64,000 bases of DNA from positions 3,616,001 to 3,680,000 of the forward strand of contig CATQHZ020000001.1 of NCBI GenBank assembly GCA_958296135.2, read 5' to 3'. Below are positions 6,940 through 15,952 of this stretch, in pieces (the first letter of the stretch is position 1; each line of letters opens with the position of its first letter). The notes under the pieces were generated by a model. It made no database searches, had not been told where the DNA came from, and saw only the letters and a program-made list of their open reading frames with translations. A program made the position numbers and the translations under genes. This DNA is from an uncultured Poribacteria bacterium. Its GTDB lineage: Bacteria > Poribacteria > WGA-4E > WGA-3G.

Positions 6940-9687
6940 TTATAGTGGCTCTAACCGAACCGGACAAACTTTCAATTCCGCCGTATGCGTTACCGGATCG
7001 TAGCCGGAGCCGGTCAGGAGGTTGACAGGGACATCCGCGAAACTGAAACTGGCGAAAACGGTGCCGCGCGGCGAACGGTTCATCGCCTTCACTTTAATGG
7101 TGATGCTGCCTCGCGCGCTGCTCATTTTGCACCACTCCCCATCAGTCAGTCCCCATTTCTCAATGTCGGCAGGGTTCACCTCAAGTGCCTCTTCAGGAAG
7201 TAGATACTCAATACCCTGTGCGCGTCCGGTTTGCGTGCGGGTGTGGTAAGACTGCAAGCGGCGGCCGGTCGTCAGCCATATTGGGAACGCATCGTCAATT
7301 GTTTCGGCCGGGTCGCGGTAATGCACGTTTGAAAAGACACCGCGCCCGTTAACAAACTCGCCTTCATGTAACCGTGGCGTGCCGGGGTGCTCCTTGTGCG
7401 GCACGGGCCACTGATACTCACCTTTGTCAACGCGTTCCCAATCTAAACCGGCGTAAACCGGCGAAACCCGACAGAGTTCGTTAAAAATTGGCGTGGGTGA
7501 GTCAAAATCAAATCCGTTAAAACCGAGGCGTTGTGCGAGTTGACAGATAATCCACCAATCCGGCTTCGCCTCGCCGGGGGGCGGCACCGCTGCGCGCATC
7601 CGCTGCACCCGCCGTTCCGTGTTCGTGCAGACACCGTCTGTTTCTCCCCACGCCGTCGCGGGGAAGACAACATCTGCAAGTTGTGCAGTCTCTGTCAGGA
7701 AAATATCGATGACAACGAGATGTTCTAGTGAACGCAAAGCATGCTCGCAATGCTTCCGGTCCGGGTCGGACAGCAATGTGTTTTCGCCATCAATGAGCAT
7801 CGCATGAATGCTGTCACCGCACAATTCCAGCGCAGTTACTTTTGTGATGCCCTTCTCCAACTCAACCTCGGTGCCATACTCACGCTTGAACTTTTCCTGA
7901 TTTGCGGGTTCTGTGACAGATTGAAAGCCGGGGTAGTTGTTCGGCAGCGCGCCGCTGTCGCCGGCACCCTGGATGTTGTTTTGCCCGCGCATCGGGTTGA
8001 TACCGGTGCCTTCGCGCCCAATATTGCCCGTCATGAGCGCGAGGTTGCACAGACTCTGCACATTCTCAACCCCGCAAATATGTTCCGTGATGCCGAGCGT
8101 GTAGTAGATGGCACTTTTGTCCGCGCTGCCATACCACATCGCCGCTGTCTCAATGTCCTTCGCCGGCACGCCTGTGATGGTTTCAGCCCATTCGGGTGTC
8201 CACTGTGAAATGTGTTCAAAGAATTCATCAAATCCAACGGTGCGGTTTTTGATAAATTCCTCGTCAACTAACCCTTCGCGCGCAATAACGTGCGCCATGC
8301 CGAGAAGCAGCGCAGTATCGGAACCGACACGAAGGGGTAAATAGAGATGCGACATCTCCGCCAACCCGATGCGTCTCGGGTCTGCGACAATGAGTTTCGC
8401 GCCGCGCGCAACTGCCTTTTTCAGTCCCGTCGCGGCGACAGGGTGACACTCCGTCATATTCGTGCCGATGCAGAAAATGACATCAGGCTTTTGCATGTCC
8501 ACGAGAGGATTTGACATTGCCCCGCGCCCAATTGTCGCTGCCAGCCCGGCAACGGTGGGCGCGTGTCAGGCACGGCTGCAATTGTCGATGTAGTTCGTGC
8601 CGAATCCCGCGCGGATGAACTTCTGCATCAGATAAGCGGCTTCGCTCGGGGCGCGCCCAGAAGCGATGCCGTAGATGCTGTGCCTGCCGTGCGCAGCATG
8701 CGTTTTGCGGAACCCTTCTGCTGCCCTGTCAAGTGCGTCCTCCCAAGTTGCCTCGTGAAGTTCGCCATCTTCTTCACGAACAAGCGGCGTTTTGAGTCTA
8801 TCAGGATGCTGCACGAAGTCGTAAGCAAATTGCCCTTTGACACAGAGCGCGCCCTGATTGGCGGGGCCGTCCATCGCCGGATGGACACCCACAATCTTCT
8901 CATCTTGCGTGAGAATGTCCACAGAACAGCCGACACCGCAATAAGGACAGATTGTCCGCGTTTTTTCAAGTGGCGCGCGGTTAGAAACCGCGCCTACCGG
9001 GACAGCGCGCATCGCCTTTTTGTCCGCAAGCGCGCCGGTGGGACACGTCTGGATGCACTGCCCACAAAAGGTGCACGCCGAATCCTTGAGAAGCCCATCG
9101 AACTCCGTGGCAATCTGTGTATGGAAACCGCGGTTCATTACCGTGATGGCGTGGTCTCCCTCTTGTTCAGCGCAGACGCGCACGCACCGATAACAAGAGA
9201 TGCACAACTCGTAGTCACGAAGGATAAACGGGTTGTCATCCGATTTACTCGTCCCAGATGTCGCGCCCGTTATCTTCCCAAGTTCGGAGCGCGAGGGCCT
9301 ATCCCTCGCGAGCTCTCTTTTTGGAGTTACCGCATATCTATCGCGGAGTTTCGCGAGCTCCCCAGAGGCATACCCACGCAACGGATGCACATCCACCTCC
9401 CGATTCTCACTGATAACCATCTCGATGAGCGTCTTCCGATACGCCTCAATCTCCTCCGTTGCGGTGCGGACTACCATTCCCGGTGCCGCCTGCGTCGTGC
9501 AAGATGCCACCGGGTTTCGCGCGCCTTCCAATTCAACGATGCAGAGCCTGCAACCGCCGAAGGGTTCAAGCCGCGTATCATAACAGAGCGTCGGAATCTC
9601 TTTGTGATGTCGCTGCGCGACTTCAAGAAGTGTCTCACCTTCAGAAAAGGCGACTTCCTTGCCATCAATTGTTAGTTTATGCACCAT
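6940..9687 (-). CDS. fdhF: Selenocysteine-containing formate dehydrogenase alpha subunit (2Fe-2S/4Fe-4S plus molybdopterin domains)
   Basis: ORFs 8566-9702 and 6940-8517 are in the same frame, separated by TGA at 8566-8568 in DNCSRA-U-HAPTVAGL, the position of the Mo-ligating Sec. Also CPYCGVGC, LCVKG, PMRGQNNIQG and N-terminal Fe-S motifs. Confidence 0.9.
8523..8565 (-). promoter_or_regulatory. Bacterial SECIS element
   Basis: Directly after the UGA: lower stem CGCGCCCA/TGGGCGCG, upper stem CGTTGCC/GGCAGCG, loop GGGCT. Confidence 0.75.
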
Positions 9688-9768
9688 CGGAGTCATCCTC
9701 ATTCATACGGTAAACCGTAGCGCGAGGGGAAACCTGTCCCTCGCGAACTTCGCATACCGGGCGTTTTT

Positions 9769-10788
9769 TTACTCGTCACCCTCAAAATCGATCTGTGGGA
9801 CTTCCACGTTGCCAGCAAGAATCGCTTTTTTCACTTCCTCAACCTTCGCTTGCACCTCTGCAGGCACCTGAGCTTTCAAGGCCGGATTATAGTTCATCGA
9901 GATCGCGCCATCGCTCGCCATCGTGAAGACATAAGACTTCGGTTCAAAAGTGCCTTCTTTGACATGTCGCGCAATCTGCACAAAAGCACCCGGCGTAATG
10001 ACTGCATTGGCAAGCACCGTTGTCGGCGAGACTTCACTCTGATCGCGGTTGGAACCGAACGTCCAAACAAATTTCCCGTTGGCTTGCTCTTTCTCTACCG
10101 CATCGAACACACCGCGCCCCGCCGCATCCGCGTTATGAAAAATAAAGTCAATGCCCTCCTGAATTTGCGCGAGCGCGAGCTCCTTCGCTTTACCGATGTT
10201 TTCCCAGTCGCCCACGTACGCGCGGCGAACCTCCGCGCCCCGGTTGACACTTTTCACGCCGCCTTCAAACGCCATAAACGTGCTATTCACAGACGGAATG
10301 TTCTGCCCGCCGATAATGCCGATTTTGTCTGTCTTCGTCATCATCCCGGAGATGACACCCAACAAGTAGGAGGCTTGCTCAAGCCGAAAGATGATAGGCG
10401 AGACATTGTCCATGATAGTACCGCCCGAGGAAGTAATAAAAACGGTTTCCGGGAAATCCTGCGCAACCGCTTTCGCAGCGTCTTGATACTCGTAGCCGTG
10501 CCCGAAGATGAGATGATACCCATCCAGCGCATAGGCACGGAAGTGTTCCTCCTGGTCTGCCGGAGTTCGGCTCTCGACGTGACTGATTTTCGCGCCGAGT
10601 TCCTTTTCAATCCCCTTGAGCCCATCGTAAGCCAGCGCGTTCCAGCCAGCATCGCTGATAGATGCAGGCAGAAGCATCGCTACCTTGAATTCCTTCGCCT
10701 TGTGCCCATCAGCGTCAACATTCGCACCGCCGAAAAGCAGCACCCCGATTGTGAGAAGACAGATGGTTGTCCAATGCTTATGTTTCAT
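9769..10788 (-). CDS. BMP-family (PnrA/Med-like) substrate-binding protein, paralog 1
   Basis: Signal peptide, ISDAGWN, LIFGHGYEY, YVGDWEN, FGSNRDQ. Confidence 0.85.
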   Translation of the reverse strand: MKHKHWTTICLLTIGVLLFGGANVDADGHKAKEFKVAMLLPASISDAGWNALAYDGLKGIEKELGAKISHVESRTPADQEEHFRAYALDGYHLIFGHGYEYQDAAKAVAQDFPETVFITSSGGTIMDNVSPIIFRLEQASYLLGVISGMMTKTDKIGIIGGQNIPSVNSTFMAFEGGVKSVNRGAEVRRAYVGDWENIGKAKELALAQIQEGIDFIFHNADAAGRGVFDAVEKEQANGKFVWTFGSNRDQSEVSPTTVLANAVITPGAFVQIARHVKEGTFEPKSYVFTMASDGAISMNYNPALKAQVPAEVQAKVEEVKKAILAGNVEVPQIDFEGDE

Positions 10789-10851
10789 GAAATGTTTTCC
10801 TTCTGGTGAACCGATAAGCGCAGTTTCAAACCGCGCCTACCGGCAGGGCTT

Positions 10852-11880
10852 TTATTCGTTATCCCCAAACGCAATTTGCGGCACCTCCAGCGTGCCAGCG
10901 AAGATCTGCTTCTTCGCCGCCGCAACCTGCTTTTGCACTGCCGCCGGCACTTTATCCTTCAGTTTCGGGTTATAGTGCATCTCAATCGCACCGCCTTTCG
11001 TCATTGTGAAGACATAAGGCTTCGGTTCAAAAGTGCCGCTTTTAACAGCGCTGGCGATTTGCACAAAGACATCCGATTTGATGACAGAACTCGCTAAAAT
11101 CGTCGTTGGCGAGACTTCATGCTGCGCGCGGTTAGAACCGAACGTCCAGCCCTGTTTCCCGGCGGCTTGCGCGATTTCCACCGCCTCATACATGCCGAGG
11201 GCTGCCACATCCGCGTTGTGAAAGAAAAAGTCAAACCCCTCTTCAATCTGCGCAAGCGTTATTTCCTTCGCTTTGTCCCGGCTCACCCAATCGCCGACGT
11301 AATTCCATTGCACTTCAACATCGGGGTTGACACTTTTCGCGCCCGCCTCAAACGCGACAAACGTGCTATTAATGGACGGGACATCGCGGCCGCCGAGCAC
11401 ACCGATTTTACCACTTTTCGTCATCGCGCCAGCAAGGATACCCAAGAGGTAGGTAGCCCCTTCGGCGCGCGAGTCGATCGGTGCCAGATTCGGGGCAACA
11501 GCGATGCTCCCCGAAGTATTGACAAAGATGGTGTTTGGAAAATCAACGGCAACGGTTTTGGCAGCCTCTTGATACTCGTAGCCGTGCCCGAAGATGAGAT
11601 GATACCCATCCAGCGCATAGGCACGGAAACGCGCCTCCTGGGCAGCAGGCGTAATGTTCTCAACGTAGGCAATCTCCGCGCCGAGCTCCTTTTCAATCGC
11701 TTTGAGCCCCTCATATCCCAGCGTTGTCCATCCCTGGTCATCGATGGAAGCAGACAGCAGCATGGCAACCTTAAACGGCTTTTCTTCTGCCTGATGCTTA
11801 TCGGCGTAACCATTCGCGCCGCTGAGCAGCATCACCCCAATTGCGATAAGCCACGCTGTTATCCAGCAAATCTGTCTCAT
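10852..11880 (-). CDS. BMP-family substrate-binding protein, paralog 2
   Basis: Tandem paralog sharing RAYALDGYHLIFGHGYEYQ and GTFEPK.YVFTM. Confidence 0.85.
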   Translation of the reverse strand: MRQICWITAWLIAIGVMLLSGANGYADKHQAEEKPFKVAMLLSASIDDQGWTTLGYEGLKAIEKELGAEIAYVENITPAAQEARFRAYALDGYHLIFGHGYEYQEAAKTVAVDFPNTIFVNTSGSIAVAPNLAPIDSRAEGATYLLGILAGAMTKSGKIGVLGGRDVPSINSTFVAFEAGAKSVNPDVEVQWNYVGDWVSRDKAKEITLAQIEEGFDFFFHNADVAALGMYEAVEIAQAAGKQGWTFGSNRAQHEVSPTTILASSVIKSDVFVQIASAVKSGTFEPKPYVFTMTKGGAIEMHYNPKLKDKVPAAVQKQVAAAKKQIFAGTLEVPQIAFGDNE

Positions 11881-12299
11881 GAAAATTCGCCTCCGTTCTT
11901 TATTGTGCGGGTACCGAGTCTGGCAACGTATCGAATTGTTCCAATGCAGGACAAGCGGAGTCTTCGCGGTTCATCGGCATTATGGAAGTCTGCCATGACT
12001 CTGTGTTTGTTCATTGATTCTCCAACCAGAGTTTTGGTATTCTCTGCCATTTCGCCCCGGTAGGAGAGACATGCCCGGCTCGATACTTTGAGAGCAGTAT
12101 AGCATATTGACGCAGAAAAGTCCAATTTTAACGCGAACACGCTACCCTCATGTCCTCTTGCTGACAGATTCCGTTGCAACCTTGAACATAGCCTTCACTG
12201 CGCCAAACAGCATCAGCAGATTCACCAAGGCAAAATCTGCGCGGTTTTGGGGAAATATGTCACCGACAAGCCGTCCGAATTGCCACAAATTGCCATCGG

Positions 12300-12446
12300 T
12301 GACAATGCCATACAGTGGCAAGTCTCGCAGTGCTGCTTGAAGATGGCACGCGCTTGTTGCCCGAGGTCTTGTTGCGCATCCGCACGCCCAACAAATCCTA
12401 GCAAGATGAAGATGAAAAACATTACGAAAGAGTTGCGATGTTTCAT
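12300..12446 (-). pseudogene. Probable relic of an exported c-type cytochrome-domain protein
   Basis: Signal peptide, then QQDLGQQARAIFKQHCETCH (CxxCH), after which the frame loses protein-like character and stops at 12222. Confidence 0.5.
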
Positions 12447-12521
12447 AGAAAATTTATTTCATGCCCGGGGAATCTGTAGGCGCGCTTTGCAAGCGCGCCT
12501 ACCGTTGAGGCTGACCAAGTC

Positions 12522-13442
12522 CTAGTGACTGAGTGCCTCTAGGAACATTTCAAGGCTCTCTGCCGACGCGGCGGCAGGAGCCAGCTGCCTGAGCCGCTCC
12601 ACGTCGTCGATCGTTTCAAGAAGCGGTCTTAAGGAACGCACAGACGTTGTCTGAAAACGCGCTTCGAGGAAACTGAGGATAGTCCCAATCGTAGCATTCC
12701 TCTCGCCTTGCTCAATTCCTTGTGCAAGTGCTTCCTCAACCGCTGGTTTTATCGCCTTTTCGGCATAGCCTTTGGCATAGCGTTGGAAAAGAAGTGATTC
12801 GTTCACCATGTCCTCCGTTATTGAACTCATTATCAATTCTTCGGTGTAACCTAACTGCCCGAATACACCGAGAACGGCCAGTAAATCATGCCGATGCTCC
12901 CTGCTCACAGACAGCGAGGATGTTGCATCAATGCACGCTTTCAACCATCGTTCTGCGCTCATGCCTTCGGGCGGCCGCATCAATGGCGTAAACGGCATCA
13001 AGCCCGGTGCCTGCAATTCCAAAACCGAGGGACCGTCAAGCTCAATTAGACGGACTACCCGATATGTCAACAGATAACACGGCTTGCCATGCCGCTCATA
13101 ACCATATCCACCCGGGTCGTTGCGGCCCGCCTTGGCATGCAAGTAGATAACCGTGCTGTACACCGGCTTCTGATGCTCTGCAATCAGGAACCCGTGATAC
13201 CCCGCCACGCGGAACGGCATCGGTTCTCGGCTGTTGCGAGCTTGCACTTCCACATGCGAGATGCTCTCCTCCTCGCCAATACTCACCTCCCAGGTACTAT
13301 CAGCGTGACGCGTTTTCAGCGTCGGCTGCTCCGTATCCAGTCGCCTCAGCACTTTCAGGTTCGGTGCATCCTGGAGAAAGGGGAGGAGCGTGTCAGCGTT
13401 ATGCAGCAGCAGATGCTTTGCTGCATCGTCATATTGTGCCAT
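12522..13442 (-). CDS. Rpn-family (PD-(D/E)XK, putative transposase/invertase-like) protein
   Basis: YDDAAKHLL, RHADS, HVEVQ, MPFRV..Y, GLMPFTPLM, C-terminal EQGE..LEARF. ATG 13442 follows TTGACA-18-TATAAT. Confidence 0.8.
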   Translation of the reverse strand: MAQYDDAAKHLLLHNADTLLPFLQDAPNLKVLRRLDTEQPTLKTRHADSTWEVSIGEEESISHVEVQARNSREPMPFRVAGYHGFLIAEHQKPVYSTVIYLHAKAGRNDPGGYGYERHGKPCYLLTYRVVRLIELDGPSVLELQAPGLMPFTPLMRPPEGMSAERWLKACIDATSSLSVSREHRHDLLAVLGVFGQLGYTEELIMSSITEDMVNESLLFQRYAKGYAEKAIKPAVEEALAQGIEQGERNATIGTILSFLEARFQTTSVRSLRPLLETIDDVERLRQLAPAAASAESLEMFLEALSH

Positions 13443-13619
13443 GATAGAATGATTATACCTCTTTTTCTGAGAGGATGTCAACCAATTTTTTTCAGTTGCA
13501 TCTATTTCCGAATAAGCCTCTTCCGCGTAATGAACGCCTGCTATTCACACCATATCATATAGAATACCACAAAAAGCAGCAATTTGCAAAAAACATTCCT
13601 GACACAAAATGCCCAAACT

Positions 13620-15059
13620 TTAGGACATCTCGGCCAACTTCCTCTGCAGCCACCGCGTCATCGGCGCATGCCCCGGGTCGCACACTTCAATGAGATGCCC
13701 CGGCAACGGCTGCCCAATCAACGCTTCCACATCCCGCCGGCGTTCCGCAACAACCAACGGGTGCTCGCTCGCGACATTGAACTTCTCCCCCGGGTCGTTC
13801 CGAATGTCAAACAACTCATCGCCTTTCTCATCACGATAGCCGACAGCAGTGCAAAAATTCCAAAGGTTATCGCGCACGCTGACGCGCCCACGCGCATTGC
13901 CCATAACAAATCCAGCCCATCCCGTGATAATCCGTTCGCGCAAGAACGCTTTCTCCTGTGTGACAAGCGGCCACATATCCTCGCCATCTGTCCAACCGCA
14001 CGGAATTCCGAGTTGATTCAGAAGCGTCGGCATCAGATCGTGATTTTGGACGAAGGCGGAGACATCCCTGTCACTCGGGCCGTTCGGGTGCCGAATCATC
14101 AGATTGAGCTGCGTATTAAATGGATGCAGCTTGTTCGCGCCCTTGCCGAAGCTGCCATGGTCGCGGAGTTGCGTACCGTGGTCGGACATCAGCACGACGA
14201 TGGTGTCATCGCGAAGGTTCAGCGCGTCTATTTTGTCTAACAGCGCGCCTACCCACTTATCCACAAACGTCACCTCGCCGAGGTAGAGTGCCTCAATGCG
14301 GCGGAGCTCTGCCTCGGTAGGGCCATCGCCTTCGTTTGCGCTGCCCGGCGTGATGAAATCCTTCCCCTCATACTCCGGGAAATAGAAATCGGCGTAGGGT
14401 TTGGGCGGATCCCACGGTTCATGCGGGTCGAAACTATCCACCCATAGGAAGAAAGGTCCCACGGTATGATTATCGTCAAGCCAATCGGATGCTGCCCGAA
14501 AGACGCGCGCGCAACTATAGTCATCCTCCGATTCGCGGTGGCGTTGGCAGAGCAGATAGTTGACTAAACCAGCGTGCCGCTGCCAATTCAGCGGTTCACG
14601 CACGTGCTCGCGGAGTCGCGCTTCAATGAGCCTCGGGTCGCCGCTGCGCCAGTTATCCGATTCTTGTCCTCGGATGAAATCGAAATGTGCGAAGCCGCGC
14701 GAGAAGTTCATCGTCGGTTTAAACATGTGGTAGGTATCGGCGATGAGCGCGGTGAGATACCCGCGCTCCAGCAGCACCTCGGCAAGCGTATCCTGTTCCG
14801 GTGGAATCTTGTGCCAGCCGGGCGCGTGGTGCCAATGCCCGCGCCGGTCGAAGTTATATTTCCACGGGAAACTGCGCATCCCGGTGAAATTCGCGCGGCG
14901 GACTTGCAGCGTCGGCTGTCCTTCGCCGAAGGCACGCGTAAATCGGACGCTCTCGGATGCAAGCGCGTCAAGGTTCGGCGTTCGAGCGTGGCTGAATTTC
15001 TTCCCGCTGCCGATGATGTCAGCGCGGAACGTATCTAAGCAGATACAGATAATGTTCAT
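13620..15059 (-). CDS. Sulfatase/alkaline-phosphatase superfamily hydrolase with non-canonical nucleophile motif
   Basis: CLDTFRAD, TPNLDALA, FDPHEPW, SDHG, ELFDIRNDPGE. The CxPxR signature is replaced by TLQVR. Confidence 0.85.
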   Translation of the reverse strand: MNIICICLDTFRADIIGSGKKFSHARTPNLDALASESVRFTRAFGEGQPTLQVRRANFTGMRSFPWKYNFDRRGHWHHAPGWHKIPPEQDTLAEVLLERGYLTALIADTYHMFKPTMNFSRGFAHFDFIRGQESDNWRSGDPRLIEARLREHVREPLNWQRHAGLVNYLLCQRHRESEDDYSCARVFRAASDWLDDNHTVGPFFLWVDSFDPHEPWDPPKPYADFYFPEYEGKDFITPGSANEGDGPTEAELRRIEALYLGEVTFVDKWVGALLDKIDALNLRDDTIVVLMSDHGTQLRDHGSFGKGANKLHPFNTQLNLMIRHPNGPSDRDVSAFVQNHDLMPTLLNQLGIPCGWTDGEDMWPLVTQEKAFLRERIITGWAGFVMGNARGRVSVRDNLWNFCTAVGYRDEKGDELFDIRNDPGEKFNVASEHPLVVAERRRDVEALIGQPLPGHLIEVCDPGHAPMTRWLQRKLAEMS

Positions 15060-15077
15060 AAGTTAGCCCCCTTTTCC

Positions 15078-15818
15078 TCACATCATTTCGTCAAGGATTC
15101 TCTTGATGGCTTCTCCCGGGTCTGCCGCTTCCAAGACCGGTCTGCCGACGACGATGTAGTCTGCACCGCGAGTTATTGCCTCTGCCGGCGTTGTGAAGCG
15201 CCGCTGATCGCCTGTGGCTGCCCATTTCGGCCGAATGCCCGGTGTGACAATCACGAAATCATCACCGCACGCCGCCCGAATCGGTTCAATTTCCAGCGGC
15301 GAGGCGACGACCCCGGCCAATCCCGCTTCTTGCGTCTGTCTCGCAAGATGAACTACCTGTTCCGTGAGCGGCCGCTCAGAACCGAAACTGGCCTGAAAAC
15401 CGGATCCATCGATGCTGGTGAGCATTGTCACACCGAGCAAGATGGGGCGGGACTTCCGAGAAGAGGCAGCATCCGCACTTACCCGCGCAGCCTGCATCAT
15501 CTCAATGCCACCGGCGGCATGCATGTTCATCATGTGCACGCCGTGTTTAGTCATCATGCCGACATCCCGCGCTACCGTGTTTGGAATGTCGTGAAACTTC
15601 AGATCGAGAAAGATGCGATGCCCGTTCTGTCCGAGCCATTCAAACCCCGCAACGCCGACAGAACTAAACGCCTGAAAGCCGAGTTTCACCCACGGCACGC
15701 CCATTTCCATCAGTCTCCCAGATATCCCTTCAATATCTTCCAGATCGCCGGTATCCAAAGCGACAATGAGTCTGTCTTTCAATGTGTGAGTCTCCTTCGG
15801 GCGGATATAGAAATCCAC
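15078..15818 (-). CDS. pyrF: Orotidine-5'-phosphate decarboxylase
   Basis: LIVALD, FLDLKFHDIPNTV, VTPGIRP, DQRR, IVVGRP. Confidence 0.95.
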   Translation of the reverse strand: MDFYIRPKETHTLKDRLIVALDTGDLEDIEGISGRLMEMGVPWVKLGFQAFSSVGVAGFEWLGQNGHRIFLDLKFHDIPNTVARDVGMMTKHGVHMMNMHAAGGIEMMQAARVSADAASSRKSRPILLGVTMLTSIDGSGFQASFGSERPLTEQVVHLARQTQEAGLAGVVASPLEIEPIRAACGDDFVIVTPGIRPKWAATGDQRRFTTPAEAITRGADYIVVGRPVLEAADPGEAIKRILDEMM

Positions 15819-15952
15819 CTTAACAACCCGGATTTCGGAGGTGAAGATAGCGAGGGACAGGTTTTCCCTCGCCCTCGCGCTACGGTAAACTGTGAGAGAA
15901 CGCGGAGATAGGCCCTCGCGCTACGGTAGGGGAACCGGTTTTATGTTATCGC

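Noticed and set aside
8563-12063. Long plus-strand ORFs (370, 319 and 314 aa) opposite the FDH and BMP genes
   Set aside because: Antisense shadows of GC-rich coding strands; Arg-rich with no recognisable motifs. The same applies to most short overlapping ORFs in the track.
11911-12086. Possible riboswitch or MITE from long-range pairing around the BMP 5' UTR
   Set aside because: One arm is part of a family-D REP, the pairing has mismatches, and no known aptamer consensus is visible.
12190-12260. Possible ABC ATPase N-terminal relic (QIHQGKICAVLG)
   Set aside because: Too short and lacks a Walker A motif; cannot be supported by eye.
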